From: Burkholderiales bacterium
GTDB lineage: Bacteria; Pseudomonadota; Gammaproteobacteria; Burkholderiales; SG8-39
NCBI GenBank assembly: GCA_038904015.1
Contig: JBCKKZ010000004.1
Location: 153-64,152 of the forward strand
DNA length: 64,000 bases
Direction: 5' to 3'
The first letter of the stretch is position 1. Every line of letters begins with the position of its first letter. The position numbers and the translations under genes were made by a program. Below the pieces are notes generated by a model. It saw nothing but the letters and a program-made list of their open reading frames with translations, was not told the origin of the DNA and did no database searches. Below, one piece after another: positions 8,507 through 18,974 of this stretch.

Positions 8507-10000
8507 CTAGAACGGAAAAAATACGAGCAGCTGCAGCACCAGCGCCGCGGCGGCCACCGCGAGCAAGCCCGCCAGCAGCCGGTTGCGACGGCGATTCTCC
8601 GCCGACAGGCGCTCGAGCACCGCCTGCAGTCCGCCCGCGCGATCCTCCGCCAGCAGCCGGTGCAGCAGGCGCGGGATCGCGGGCAGCGTCTGCGCCCAGA
8701 ACGGCGCCTCGTGCCTTACGGTGCGCAGCAGGCCGCGCCAGCCGACCTGCTCGCTCATCCAGCGCTCGAGATACGGCTTCGCCGTCTGCCAGAGGTCCAG
8801 GTCGGGGTCGAGCTCGCGCCCCAGGCCCTCGATGTTGAGCAAGGTCTTCTGCAGCATCACGAGTTGCGGCTGGACTTCGACGTTGAAGCGGCGCGAGGTC
8901 TGGAACAGTCGCAAGAGCAGCTTGCCGAAGTAGATTTCTTTCAGCGGCCGCGCGAATATCGGCTCGCACACGGCGCGGATCGCCGCCTCGAAGTCGTCCA
9001 GCCGCGTGCCGGCCGGCACCCAGCCCGCGTCCAGGTGCGCCTGTGCCACGCGCCGGTAATCGCGGTTGAAGAAGGCGATGAAGTTCTGCGCCAGGTAGCC
9101 TTTGTCCACCTCCGACAGCGTGCCCATGATGCCGAAGTCGAGCGCGATGTACTTGCCACGCATCTCTCCCTCGGTGGCCACCAGGATGTTGCCCGGGTGC
9201 ATGTCGGCGTGAAAGTAGCCGTCGCGGAATACCTGGGTGAAGAAAATCTCGACGCCCGAGCGCGCCAGCGCGGGTATATCGACACCTTTCTGTCTGAGAA
9301 CGCCAACCTGCGATATCGGCGTGCCGTGCATGCGCTCCATCACCATCACGCGCCGCGAACAGAAATCCCAGTGGATCGCCGGCACTGCAAGCAGCGGCGA
9401 ACCGGTGAAATTGCGCCGCAACAGCGACGCGTTGGCGGCTTCGCGCAGCAGATCGAGTTCTTCGTCCAGATGGTGCGCGAACTCGGCCACCACTTCGCGC
9501 GGCTTCAGGCGCCGCCCATCGGCCCACAGAAGCTCCACCAGTCCGGCCGCCGTCTCCAGCAGCAGCACGTCTTTCGCAATCGCCTGCTCCACACCCGGCC
9601 GCAGCACCTTGACCGCCACTTCGGCACCGTCCTTGAGCACCGCAAGGTGCACCTGCGCGACCGAAGCGCTGGCAACGGGCTCGCGGTCGAACGTCTTGAA
9701 GGTGTCTTGAATTTTTCTGCCAAGGCTTTTCTCGACTTCCGCGATCGCCAGATCTGGCGCAAACGGAGGCACCCGGTCCTGCAGCTTGGCCAGTTCCTCG
9801 GCGAGGTCGGACGGCAGCAGGTCGCGCCGTGTCGAAAGCACCTGGCCGAACTTGACGAAAATCGGCCCCAGGGTTTCGAGCGCTTCGCGCAGGCGCACAG
9901 CACGAGTTGCGTCCGGTCCGCCCGCAAATCGCGGCACGAACCGGTACAGGCGGAAGCGCAGCCCGATCCACAGTATCCGCGCGAGGCGCCCGACGGACAC
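8507..10000 (-). CDS. ubiB: Ubiquinone biosynthesis kinase-like UbiB
   Basis: [31 protein letters not shown]. Confidence 0.95.
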   Translation of the reverse strand: MSVGRLARILWIGLRFRLYRFVPRFAGGPDATRAVRLREALETLGPIFVKFGQVLSTRRDLLPSDLAEELAKLQDRVPPFAPDLAIAEVEKSLGRKIQDTFKTFDREPVASASVAQVHLAVLKDGAEVAVKVLRPGVEQAIAKDVLLLETAAGLVELLWADGRRLKPREVVAEFAHHLDEELDLLREAANASLLRRNFTGSPLLAVPAIHWDFCSRRVMVMERMHGTPISQVGVLRQKGVDIPALARSGVEIFFTQVFRDGYFHADMHPGNILVATEGEMRGKYIALDFGIMGTLSEVDKGYLAQNFIAFFNRDYRRVAQAHLDAGWVPAGTRLDDFEAAIRAVCEPIFARPLKEIYFGKLLLRLFQTSRRFNVEVQPQLVMLQKTLLNIEGLGRELDPDLDLWQTAKPYLERWMSEQVGWRGLLRTVRHEAPFWAQTLPAIPRLLHRLLAEDRAGGLQAVLERLSAENRRRNRLLAGLLAVAAAALVLQLLVFFPF

Positions 10001-10582
10001 TCAGTGGCCTCCCGCGAGGCGCTCGATGCGCTTCTCAAGCCGCTCAAGGCCGTCGCGCAGCTGCGCATGCGCCGCCGCGACTTCCTCCAGCACGGCGCGC
10101 TTGACGAGCATTCGTTTTTCCTCGACCGCGTACTCCACGAAGCTTCCGGCGAAACGCCGCGCCGCATCCGCGTGCCACGCCGCGGCATCTCTCGCCAGCC
10201 CGACCAGGCGGTGCGCGGCCACATCGCCGACAAATTTCGCGACCTCCTCCTCCACATCCCAGCGCAGGTGGCGCACCAGGAACATGACTTCGCCGGCAAG
10301 TTTGGCGTTGCCCGCGACATCGATCGAGCGCAGCAGGTGATCCTCGCCCTTCACGGCGGCGGCAAGCGCTGCGGGCCGGATCGTGACGACCAGCGAGGGC
10401 TCGGCCGCGGGCAGGTCGGCGCCGAGACGGCCGTCGGGGGCGATGGTGAAGCGCAAGCGCGGCAGCGGCGGCGCGCGCAGTTCAAGCGATTCGCCGGCGA
10501 AAGGCGCCAGGCGCTCGCGCGCCCACGGCTCGGCCTCGAGCAGGTGGTTCAAAGCGCCGACAAAGGGATATTCAAAAATCAT
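10001..10582 (-). CDS. ubiJ: Ubiquinone accessory factor UbiJ (SCP2 domain)
   Basis: Lies between ubiE and ubiB; LRWDVEEE..KFVGDVAAHR, C-terminal coiled coil. Confidence 0.85.
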   Translation of the reverse strand: MIFEYPFVGALNHLLEAEPWARERLAPFAGESLELRAPPLPRLRFTIAPDGRLGADLPAAEPSLVVTIRPAALAAAVKGEDHLLRSIDVAGNAKLAGEVMFLVRHLRWDVEEEVAKFVGDVAAHRLVGLARDAAAWHADAARRFAGSFVEYAVEEKRMLVKRAVLEEVAAAHAQLRDGLERLEKRIERLAGGH

Positions 10583-10600
10583 CAAACGAAAATCGCGCGG

Positions 10601-10631
10601 AAAAACAAAAGGCCACCGGGTGGTGGCCTTT
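10601..10631 (-). terminator. Intrinsic terminator after the Tim44-domain gene
   Basis: AAAGGCCACC/GGTGGCCTTT stem followed on the minus strand by a T-rich tract. Confidence 0.75.
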
Positions 10632-10653
10632 GGTCCGAGCCGGGCCGGGAAGC

Positions 10654-11532
10654 TTAATGCATCTGCTGGATGCCGGCGAGTTGCCAGCCTTGCGCGCCAT
10701 TGACCGGCTTGGCGAGGTTCCAGACCTCCTCGAAACCCGTCGGCGCATCCCCCGGCGACTCGCGCACGGTGCCCGAGAAGCGCACGCTCGCCCAGTGCTT
10801 GTCGCCCTCGGTCACGACTTCCAGCAGGTCGGCGTTCAGGGCCAGCACGTCGGTCTGCTGTTTCTCGTTGCCGCGCGCCAGCAGGTCCTTTTTCAGTTCC
10901 TCGAACAAAGCGTCGCTGGTGAATTCGCGCAGCTCCTCCAGGTTGCCCTGATCGTTGGCGATCTGCAGTTTCATGTAGTTGAGCTTGGCGCCGCGCAGGA
11001 AACCGGCGACATCGAAGCCCGCCGGAACATTGGCGGCCACGCCGCCGGGCGCCGCCGGCGCCTCAAAACCGACCGCTTGCGAGGGCGGTGGGGCCGCGAC
11101 GGTCTCGCTACCCATGCCTCCTGCGTATTGCACGCGCTGCGGCGTTTCGCCGCGCTTCTGCGTCAGCATGCGGATCACGAAGATCGCCGCGAACACCAGC
11201 AGCCCGGCGAGCAGCAGGCCAACCATCATGCCGCCCATGCCGTTGGCGCCCATCAGCCAGCCCAGCGCGCCGCCGAGCGCGAGGCCGCCCAGCATCGGCA
11301 TCCACCTGCTCATCCCCGACGCCGCAGGCTGCGCCGCGGCGGGGGCGGCGGACTGCTGCATCTGCTGCGCCTGCGCCGGTTTGGCGGGCGTAGCCGCTGG
11401 CGGGGCGCTGGTGACGTTGCGTTGCGTGCCGAGCGAGCGGGCTCCGCCCAGGCGTTTGGCGGCTTCCGCATCCGCCGCAACGAAGGCCACGCACAGGAGC
11501 GCAGCCGCGAATCCAAGCACTAGATTTTTCAT
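10654..11532 (-). CDS. Tim44-domain protein
   Basis: AKRLGGARSLG N-terminus; FEEVWNL..W.LAGIQQ. Confidence 0.9.
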   Translation of the reverse strand: MKNLVLGFAAALLCVAFVAADAEAAKRLGGARSLGTQRNVTSAPPAATPAKPAQAQQMQQSAAPAAAQPAASGMSRWMPMLGGLALGGALGWLMGANGMGGMMVGLLLAGLLVFAAIFVIRMLTQKRGETPQRVQYAGGMGSETVAAPPPSQAVGFEAPAAPGGVAANVPAGFDVAGFLRGAKLNYMKLQIANDQGNLEELREFTSDALFEELKKDLLARGNEKQQTDVLALNADLLEVVTEGDKHWASVRFSGTVRESPGDAPTGFEEVWNLAKPVNGAQGWQLAGIQQMH

Positions 11533-11590
11533 GTCATTCCTCACTCTGGTCTTAACCACGTTTTGTCAGCGATTTGTCAGGATTTCAATC

Positions 11591-12316
11591 CTACCGCAGT
11601 TTGTAGCCGCGATGCACGGCGACCGCCCCTGCCGCAAGATTGAAATATTCGACCATTTCCAGCCCTGAGCGTTCCATCATCACGGCAAGCGCCGGCTGGT
11701 CGGGGTGCATGCGGATGGACTCGGCCAGGTAGCGGTAGGGCGCGGTGTCGCCCGCCACCTTTTCGCCCAGCCAGGGCAGCACATGAAAGGAATACAGGTC
11801 GTAGGGTTTTTGCAACGGCTTCCATACTTGCGAAAATTCGAGTACCAGCAGGCGCCCGCCCGGTTTGAGGACCCTCGCCATCTCCGCGAGCGCAGCGTCC
11901 TTGTGCGTCATGTTACGCAAGCCGAAGCCCACGCTGACGCAATCGAAGCTCGCATTGCCAAACGGCAGGTGCTCGGCGTCGCATTGCACAGCGGGCGACA
12001 TGTGGCCCGCGTCAAGCATGCAGTCGCGGCCACGCGCGAGCATCGGCCCGTTGATGTCGCTCATCCACACCTGGGCGCCGCGCGCGGCAAAAGCGCGCGC
12101 GAGGTCGCCGCTGCCGGAAGCAACATCGAGCACGCGCTCGCCCGGTTTGACTCGGGCCACCGACACCGCAAACGCTTTCCACAGCCGGTGCATGCCGAAC
12201 GACATCAGATCGTTCATCAGGTCGTAGCGTCCGGCGACCCGATCGAAGACCTGTTCTACCCGCTTCGCCTTAGTTTCTTCGGCTACGCGCTCGAAACCAA
12301 AATCCGTATCAGCCAT
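11591..12316 (-). CDS. ubiE: Ubiquinone/menaquinone C-methyltransferase
   Basis: [34 protein letters not shown]. Confidence 0.95.
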   Translation of the reverse strand: MADTDFGFERVAEETKAKRVEQVFDRVAGRYDLMNDLMSFGMHRLWKAFAVSVARVKPGERVLDVASGSGDLARAFAARGAQVWMSDINGPMLARGRDCMLDAGHMSPAVQCDAEHLPFGNASFDCVSVGFGLRNMTHKDAALAEMARVLKPGGRLLVLEFSQVWKPLQKPYDLYSFHVLPWLGEKVAGDTAPYRYLAESIRMHPDQPALAVMMERSGLEMVEYFNLAAGAVAVHRGYKLR

Positions 12317-12339
12317 GTTCGTCCCGGCCAGCGGCGGAA

Positions 12340-13950
12340 CTACGTGACCATCTCGTAGCTGCAGCGCTCGTAGTCGGCGCCGCGGTCGATGAGCTCGGTG
12401 AGCCGCACCCGGACGGGGCCTTCGACATACACCTCGACCACGCGCTTGGGCTTGTACCAACCCGCGGGCAGCACCAGTGTGGGAGGCGCGTCAAGCGCCG
12501 GCACCGCGGTGAGCGACAGCGCCTGCACGTACTTGGCGCCGACCACGTTCAGGCCGGTCGGCCGAACCGCGGTCGCCGCCGGCAGGCCAGGCAATAGCCG
12601 AATCCCGGCGTAAAGATCGCCGGCATCGTTTTGCACCAGCCAGCGTACCTGGCCGAGGATGAAATTTCTGGAATCCCCAGGGCGCACGCCGAGCATCTGG
12701 CCATGGGTATAGCGCTTGCCGGCACTGCCTGCGCGCCGGACCATTTTCAGGCCTTGGGAACTCTCGTCCTCGATGTCCCATTTCTCCAAGACATAGCCAT
12801 GCACGACGCTGTAATCATCCTCGTCGCGCGTGCTGACGCGGCCGAACGCGACGATCTGGTCGCGCTGCGCCGAGGTCAGCTCCTTCGCCTCGCCCGGTTG
12901 CTTGAACACGCCCCCGGAGATGAAATAGTGGAGCGCGCCCATGTCGGCACCGGCCTGAGCCGCCGCCGCGGTGCGCTTGCGCTCCACCGCGCGCGGCTGC
13001 CGCACCTGGCACCACTGGCGATAGAGGAATACCAGCAGCTGCTCGCAGGAGGGTTGCACGCAGTCCTCGCCCAGCGCGAGTTTCGCCGGCGACTCACCTT
13101 TTCTCAGCAAGCCGATGCGATTGCGCAGGCTCTTGGCCAGGCGCTTGACATCCAGGTACCGCGGTTGGGCCGCTTCCGGGCCGTCTCTCTCCGGGCAGAA
13201 ATCGCTTTCCAGGTCGACGGCCAGCGGCGCGATTTCCTCGTCCGCCGGGGCATCCTTCGACACATCCACCTTCTCGGCCCAGCGCTCGAGCAGAAACGCG
13301 ACGAAGGTGAGCTGGCGCTGGCTGAGTTCGTTCGGGTTCGCCATGCCGAGCAGCAGCGCGCGCAGGTACGCGATGCGGGGCGAAGTGTCGTTCACGTCGC
13401 GGTTCAGGTAGTCCTTGACCGCGTCATCGGCGACGCCCAGCTCCTCCGCCCTGGCGTAGCCCTGGTGCAGCTCGCGCCACACGCGCGGCGGCGCCTGACG
13501 GTAGGCGCGATGGTAGTGGAACATCTTGAGGCCGGTGTAGTAAAGCGCGCGCTGGCAGACGAGACCCCCCTGCGCGCGCATGCCGGCCTCCTCCGCGATT
13601 ACCGCCTCGAGGCAGCGCAGGTATCCGAGCCCCATCTGTTCCCAGAGCGCGAGCGTGTCGTTGAACACCGCGCTCTCGGCCTCGGCCATCGGCAGCGCGC
13701 GATTCGTGAAGCGCCGCGCCTGCTCGATTTGCACGAACTGCACCGCTTCGCGCAGCGCCTCCAGGGTCGCCAGGCGGCTGGCTGCGCTGGTGCCGTAGCA
13801 GTTGAACTCCTGCAACTGCGCCAGCAGCTGGTGTTGGGCGGCGGCTACATTCGCGAGCGGCACGTTTTCGAGCCACGCCTTCGCGGTCGCCGCATCCATG
13901 AATTCCGGCTCCGCTTGGGGGGAGAACTCGGGGAGATTCAGCTTGTTCAT
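12340..13950 (-). CDS. FimW-like protein with C-terminal PilZ-like motifs
   Basis: [10 protein letters not shown]-terminus; RAVER (RxxxR) and DESSQG (DxSxxG). Confidence 0.6.
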   Translation of the reverse strand: MNKLNLPEFSPQAEPEFMDAATAKAWLENVPLANVAAAQHQLLAQLQEFNCYGTSAASRLATLEALREAVQFVQIEQARRFTNRALPMAEAESAVFNDTLALWEQMGLGYLRCLEAVIAEEAGMRAQGGLVCQRALYYTGLKMFHYHRAYRQAPPRVWRELHQGYARAEELGVADDAVKDYLNRDVNDTSPRIAYLRALLLGMANPNELSQRQLTFVAFLLERWAEKVDVSKDAPADEEIAPLAVDLESDFCPERDGPEAAQPRYLDVKRLAKSLRNRIGLLRKGESPAKLALGEDCVQPSCEQLLVFLYRQWCQVRQPRAVERKRTAAAAQAGADMGALHYFISGGVFKQPGEAKELTSAQRDQIVAFGRVSTRDEDDYSVVHGYVLEKWDIEDESSQGLKMVRRAGSAGKRYTHGQMLGVRPGDSRNFILGQVRWLVQNDAGDLYAGIRLLPGLPAATAVRPTGLNVVGAKYVQALSLTAVPALDAPPTLVLPAGWYKPKRVVEVYVEGPVRVRLTELIDRGADYERCSYEMVT

Positions 13951-14750
13951 GAGGGAATTGTAGGGGATTTGGCAGGTTCTTCGAGCGGATTCTCCTCGCC
14001 GAAAACCTCGCGATAGCTCAGATAGGAACTCGCAAACCAGACCGGCAGCAGCGTCCAGACGACCGAAAACAGGGCGGAATTGACCTGCAACGCGCCGCTG
14101 CCGCCCAGCAGCATCGCGCCACCCAGGGCAAGCATCAGCACGCAGCCGAACAACAGCATGACGGCCACGCCGTAAACGAGAAAGGCGCGCCAGTTGATCA
14201 AGGCCGCGGCGACGCTGAAAAATGCCGCCTTGGTGGCCGACAGCCCGCGCCACGCCACCAGCAGCGGCGCGTACCACAGCGCGCCCAGCAGCAGTGTCTG
14301 CAGGACCGCGCCGATCAGCATCGCATGCTGCAGCTCGGGACTTTGCAGGTCGCCGAGCTCGAGCCGGGTACGGCCGATCACCGCCTGCGCAAAGCGGCCG
14401 TCGTCGGCCAGCGCGGTGCCGGCCAGCACCACCAGCATCGCGCCGAAAAACACCCCGCCCATGCGAAGCTGTGCCGGCAGCTGCTGGCGAAAACCGGATA
14501 GCAGCAAATCCGGGCTCGGCCTCGCGCCACCGGCCGCCATGCGCGCGACCGCGTGGGGACCGACCATCAGCGCAGGGAACAACAGCCAGATCGCGGCAAA
14601 GCCGATCAACGGCAGCGCGACCACGATGGTACTCGCGAACAGGAACGCAAGATTGAGCAGCAGCTGGCGCACCGGGGCGACACGGAAAATCGTGAATGCC
14701 TCGACGACCCAGCGCAGGCCGCGGATGGCCGGAAGACGATTTGCACGCAT
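13947..14750 (-). CDS. BPSS1780-family membrane protein
   Basis: GLRWV..AF..F, LWYAPLLVAW, NWRAFLVYG; adjacent to thrB. Confidence 0.75.
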   Translation of the reverse strand: MRANRLPAIRGLRWVVEAFTIFRVAPVRQLLLNLAFLFASTIVVALPLIGFAAIWLLFPALMVGPHAVARMAAGGARPSPDLLLSGFRQQLPAQLRMGGVFFGAMLVVLAGTALADDGRFAQAVIGRTRLELGDLQSPELQHAMLIGAVLQTLLLGALWYAPLLVAWRGLSATKAAFFSVAAALINWRAFLVYGVAVMLLFGCVLMLALGGAMLLGGSGALQVNSALFSVVWTLLPVWFASSYLSYREVFGEENPLEEPAKSPTIPS

Positions 14751-14755
14751 GGCGG

Positions 14756-15712
14756 CTAGGCGACCCAGGGCGCCGGCGTGCCGGGCGCGGCGCGCAGCGC
14801 GAGAATCTCGCCAAAGTGCTCCGGATCATGCACCTTCACCAGCTCTCCGGCGCGCGGCAGATGCTTGTCGTGCAGGCGCGAGAGCCAGAAGCGCAGCGCC
14901 GCCGCGCGCAGCATCACCGGCCAGGCGTTGCGTTCCGCGGGTTCCAGCGGCCGCATCGCGTGGTACGCACCCAGCAGTGCGAGCGTCTTCGGCTCGTCCA
15001 GCCGCCGGTCGCGTGCCGGGTCGACGAGGCACCAATCGTTGACGCAGACCGCGAGGTCGTAAGCAAAACAATCCACACCGGCAAAATAGAAATCGAAGAC
15101 GCCGCTGATGCGACTGCCCTCGAATAGCGCGTTATCGCGGAACAGGTCCGCGTGCACCGCGCCGCGCGGCAGGTCCGCGAAGCGATGCTGCACCTGGAAA
15201 CGCAGTTCCGCTTCGAGCAGCGTCGCGCATGCCGGGTCTAGGAACGGGCGTACCTCATCTGCGGCGCCGCGCCACCACTTCGGGCCGCGCGGATTCTCCA
15301 GGTAGCCCCCATAGGAACGCCCGGCAAGATGCATGCGCGCCAGCAGCGCCCCGAGCTCGGCACAGTCGGCGGCGCCGGGGTTCTCGAGCGAAGCCCCCGC
15401 GAGCCGCGTCACCAGCGTCGCCGGCTTGCCGTTCAGGCTGGATAGATAGCGGTCGGCGAGATCGGCAATCGGCGCCGGGCAGGGAATCCCGTGGCGCGCG
15501 AGGTGCGCCATCAGCTCCAGGTAAAACGGCAGTTCGGCCGCGGGCAGGCGCTCGAACAGCGTGAGCACGTAGCGCCCCTGGCTGGTGGTGACGAAAAAAT
15601 TGGTGTTCTCGATCCCCGACGCAATCGGCTCGAGCACGGAGAGCGCGCCGACCGAATAGTTCTTCAGCCAGGCGGCGAGCTGGCTTTCAGAAACCGGGGT
15701 GAAAACCGACAA
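14756..15712 (-). CDS. thrB: Homoserine kinase type II
   Basis: SVFTPV, GIENTNFF, HADLFRDN, AALRFWLSRL. Confidence 0.93.
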   Translation of the reverse strand: MSVFTPVSESQLAAWLKNYSVGALSVLEPIASGIENTNFFVTTSQGRYVLTLFERLPAAELPFYLELMAHLARHGIPCPAPIADLADRYLSSLNGKPATLVTRLAGASLENPGAADCAELGALLARMHLAGRSYGGYLENPRGPKWWRGAADEVRPFLDPACATLLEAELRFQVQHRFADLPRGAVHADLFRDNALFEGSRISGVFDFYFAGVDCFAYDLAVCVNDWCLVDPARDRRLDEPKTLALLGAYHAMRPLEPAERNAWPVMLRAAALRFWLSRLHDKHLPRAGELVKVHDPEHFGEILALRAAPGTPAPWVA

Positions 15713-15713
15713 A

Positions 15714-16049
15714 TCAGTCGAACGTCATGATCGTCCACATCGGCACGCGAATGCCAGGGTCGAGCGATTCGCGCCGGGTCAAACTGCCGTTGCCGGTGAG
15801 GTCCATAAGGTAATAGGGTATGCCGTGGGGCGGCGTGACCTTGAGCATCACGACCCGCCCTCCATCGCGCATTTCCTCGACCCGGTCGCCCTCCTGCGGT
15901 GCGATGCGCACGCGCGGCTCGTCGGCGCCATCGCGGATCAAGGGTGGCGGCGGCGGCTCAGGCAGGGGCTCGAGTTTCGGCGGTGGTTGCTGCTGCGCCA
16001 AGGCGCCGGCAGCGACGACCGACAGGGCAAGGAACAGGGTACGACGCAT
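15714..16049 (-). CDS. DUF2782-like exported protein
   Basis: Signal peptide, KVTP.HG.PYYL.D, VPMW; divergent from polA. Confidence 0.75.
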   Translation of the reverse strand: MRRTLFLALSVVAAGALAQQQPPPKLEPLPEPPPPPLIRDGADEPRVRIAPQEGDRVEEMRDGGRVVMLKVTPPHGIPYYLMDLTGNGSLTRRESLDPGIRVPMWTIMTFD

Positions 16050-16107
16050 AGGCCGATTCTACCCCACTGGATTATTGAGGAACATCGCCCGTAAGATTCA
16101 CCCCTCG

Positions 16108-18825
16108 ATGGACAGGACACTCCTGCTGGTTGACGGCTCTTCGTACCTGTACCGGGCGTTCCACGCGCTGCCCGAACTGAAAAGCCCTCGCGGGGAGCCG
16201 ACAGGCGCCATCCACGGCGTGCTCAGCATGCTGAAGCGCCTGTCGGCCGACTACGGTGCGGCGGCTCGCGCCTGCGTATTCGACGCCAAGGGGAAAACCT
16301 TCCGCGAGGACGCCTATCCGCAGTACAAGGCAAACCGGCCGTCGATGCCTGAGGACCTTGCCGGCCAGATCGAGCCATTGAAGCAAGCCATCGCGGCGCT
16401 CGGCTGGACGGTGCTGACGGTGCCCGGCGTGGAAGCCGACGATGTCATCGCGACGCTCGCGGAGCAAGCGCGCCAGGGCGGCTGGAAGTGCGTGATTTCG
16501 ACCGGCGACAAGGACCTCGCGCAGCTGGTCGACCAGCAGGTCACGCTGGTCAACACCATGTCTAACGAGAGGCTCGACCCCGAAGGCGTGCGGCGGAAGT
16601 TCGGCGTCACGCCGGCGCAGATTGTCGACTATCTCTCGCTCACCGGCGACGCGGTGGACAACGTGCCCGGCGTCGAGAAGGTCGGACCGAAGACCGCGGC
16701 CAAATGGATCCAGCAATTCGGTTCGCTCGACGAGGTGATGGCGCATGCCGGCGAGATTCCCGGCGCGGTTGGCGAGAACCTGAGGAAGGCGCTCGACTGG
16801 CTGCCCAAGGGACGCGAGCTCCTGACCGTGAAGCGTGATGTGACGCTGTCCGTTGGCCTCGGCGATCTCGGCGCAAAGGACGCCGACGCGGCGAAACTGG
16901 CGGAATTTTTCGAGCGCTACGGGATGAAGACAATGCTGCGCGAAGTCCGCGGCGAGGCCCCTGCTCCAGCGGCTGCCCCTGCCTCCAACCCGTCCTCCGC
17001 CCCGCAAGCAGCCGACCCGGCGACGCGGCGCAAATATCTTTCCCTTCTCGACCAGGACCTTCCGTCATTCGTGAAAAAACTGGAGGCCGCTGAACTGGTC
17101 GGCTTCGACACCGAGACCACGGGCCTTGAGCCCATGCTGGCGAAGCTGGTGGGCATGTCGTTCGCGTTCGGCGACACGGCCTGGTACCTGCCGCTCGCGC
17201 ACGAGTATCCCGGCGCGCCGGATCAGATCGGCATCGAGAACGCGTTGCAGCATCTAACGCCCTGGCTGGAAAGCGGCAAGCACGCGAAAGTCGGCCAGAA
17301 CCTCAAGTTCGACGCGCACATTCTCGCCAACCACGGCGTCCGCCTCAATGGCATCGCGCACGACACGCTGCTCGAATCCTACGTCTACGAGGTACACGAA
17401 CGGCACGACCTCGATACCCTGTCGCTGCGCCACCTGGGCTGGAAAACCATTTCCTACGACGACGTCACCGGCAAGGGCGCGTCGCGCATTTCCTTCGCCG
17501 CGGTCGAGATCGACCGCGCCACGGAGTACGCCGCCGAAGACGCCGATTGCACCCTGGCGGTACACGAGGTCCTGATCGCCAAGGTCTACGCCGACGAGAA
17601 GCTGAAGTACATCTACGAGAACATCGAATTGCCAGTGATGCCCGTTCTGCTCCGAATGGAGAGGAATGGCGTTCTGATCGACGGCGCAAAGCTCGACGCT
17701 CAGAGCCACGAGCTCGGCAAGGAGATGCTGGAGCTCGAGCAGAAGGCCTACCAGGCCGCGGGGCAGCCCTTCAACCTCAATTCGCCCAAGCAGATCCAGG
17801 AAATCCTGTTCGACAAGCAGAAACTGCCGGTAAAGAAGAAAACCCCCAAAGGCCAGCCCTCCACCGACGAGGACGTGCTGGCCGAACTCGCGCTCGACTA
17901 TCCACTGCCCAAGCTGCTGCTGGAATACCGCGGCCTCGCCAAGTTGAAATCCACCTACACCGACAAGCTGCCGCGCATGGTGGATGCGAATACCGGGCGC
18001 GTGCACACCACCTACTCGCAGGCCACCGCGGTCACCGGCCGCCTCGCCTCGAACGATCCCAACCTGCAGAACATCCCCATCCGCACGCCGCAGGGGCGGC
18101 GCATCCGCGAAGCCTTCATCGCGCCGCCCGGATGCAAGATCGTCTCCGCCGACTACTCGCAGATCGAACTGCGCATCATGGCGCACCTGTCGGGCGACAA
18201 GGGCCTGCGCCACGCCTTCGAACACGGCCACGACGTGCACCAGGCCACCGCCGCAGACGTGTTCGGCGTGCCGCTGGAAAAGGTCACCAAGGACGAACGG
18301 CGCACCGCGAAAGTGATCAACTTTGGCCTCATCTACGGCATGAGCGCCTTCGGCCTGGCGCAGAACCTGGGCCTGGAGCGCGCCACCGCGCAGGCCTACA
18401 TCGAGTCCTACTTCACTCGCTACCCCGGCGTGAAGAAATTCATGGACGAAACCCGGGAGAAAGCGCGCCGGGACGGCTACGTCGAAACCGTCTTCGGCCG
18501 CCGCCTGCGCCTGCCCGAAATCCAGTCCGGCTCACCCGCCCGCCGCCAAGCCGCCGAGCGCGCCGCCATCAACGCGCCTATGCAAGGCACCGCCGCCGAC
18601 CTGATCAAGCTGGCGATGATTGCCGTGCAGAAATGGCTGGACGAGAAAAAGCTGAAGAGCCTGCTGATCATGCAGGTGCACGACGAACTGGTGCTGGAAG
18701 TGCCGGAGGACGAGCTGGCGGAGGTGAAAGAGAAAGTGCGTGAGCTGATGCAGGACGTGGCGAAACTGGACGTTGCATTAATCGTAGATGTCGGCGTTGG
18801 CGATAACTGGGATCAAGCGCACTAG
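16108..18825 (+). CDS. polA: DNA polymerase I
   Basis: LVDGSSYLYRAFHA, DTETTG, DYSQIELR, QVHDELV. Confidence 0.98.
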   Translation: MDRTLLLVDGSSYLYRAFHALPELKSPRGEPTGAIHGVLSMLKRLSADYGAAARACVFDAKGKTFREDAYPQYKANRPSMPEDLAGQIEPLKQAIAALGWTVLTVPGVEADDVIATLAEQARQGGWKCVISTGDKDLAQLVDQQVTLVNTMSNERLDPEGVRRKFGVTPAQIVDYLSLTGDAVDNVPGVEKVGPKTAAKWIQQFGSLDEVMAHAGEIPGAVGENLRKALDWLPKGRELLTVKRDVTLSVGLGDLGAKDADAAKLAEFFERYGMKTMLREVRGEAPAPAAAPASNPSSAPQAADPATRRKYLSLLDQDLPSFVKKLEAAELVGFDTETTGLEPMLAKLVGMSFAFGDTAWYLPLAHEYPGAPDQIGIENALQHLTPWLESGKHAKVGQNLKFDAHILANHGVRLNGIAHDTLLESYVYEVHERHDLDTLSLRHLGWKTISYDDVTGKGASRISFAAVEIDRATEYAAEDADCTLAVHEVLIAKVYADEKLKYIYENIELPVMPVLLRMERNGVLIDGAKLDAQSHELGKEMLELEQKAYQAAGQPFNLNSPKQIQEILFDKQKLPVKKKTPKGQPSTDEDVLAELALDYPLPKLLLEYRGLAKLKSTYTDKLPRMVDANTGRVHTTYSQATAVTGRLASNDPNLQNIPIRTPQGRRIREAFIAPPGCKIVSADYSQIELRIMAHLSGDKGLRHAFEHGHDVHQATAADVFGVPLEKVTKDERRTAKVINFGLIYGMSAFGLAQNLGLERATAQAYIESYFTRYPGVKKFMDETREKARRDGYVETVFGRRLRLPEIQSGSPARRQAAERAAINAPMQGTAADLIKLAMIAVQKWLDEKKLKSLLIMQVHDELVLEVPEDELAEVKEKVRELMQDVAKLDVALIVDVGVGDNWDQAH

Positions 18826-18974
18826 CCTTTCTCGGCGATTCTGCTGAAACTCTTGGGACGACGCGGTCGAGCCTAGGTTGGCTCCCCGACCAGGGCGAAA
18901 GTGGGCACTGGTCAGTAAGGGTTCCTCTAGGCTAAAGGGACCGAACTCAGGATGACTGTCGCATGGCTAGCCGA

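Noticed and set aside
6588..10657. Very long ORFs of 1127 aa (-) and 1205 aa (+)
   Set aside because: Arg/Ala/Gly-rich off-frame or antisense shadows of the symporter, ubiB and ubiJ.
12340..14829. 829-aa ORF as a single fused protein
   Set aside because: The N-terminal part is an alternative frame of the BPSS1780-type gene; the real start is at 13950.
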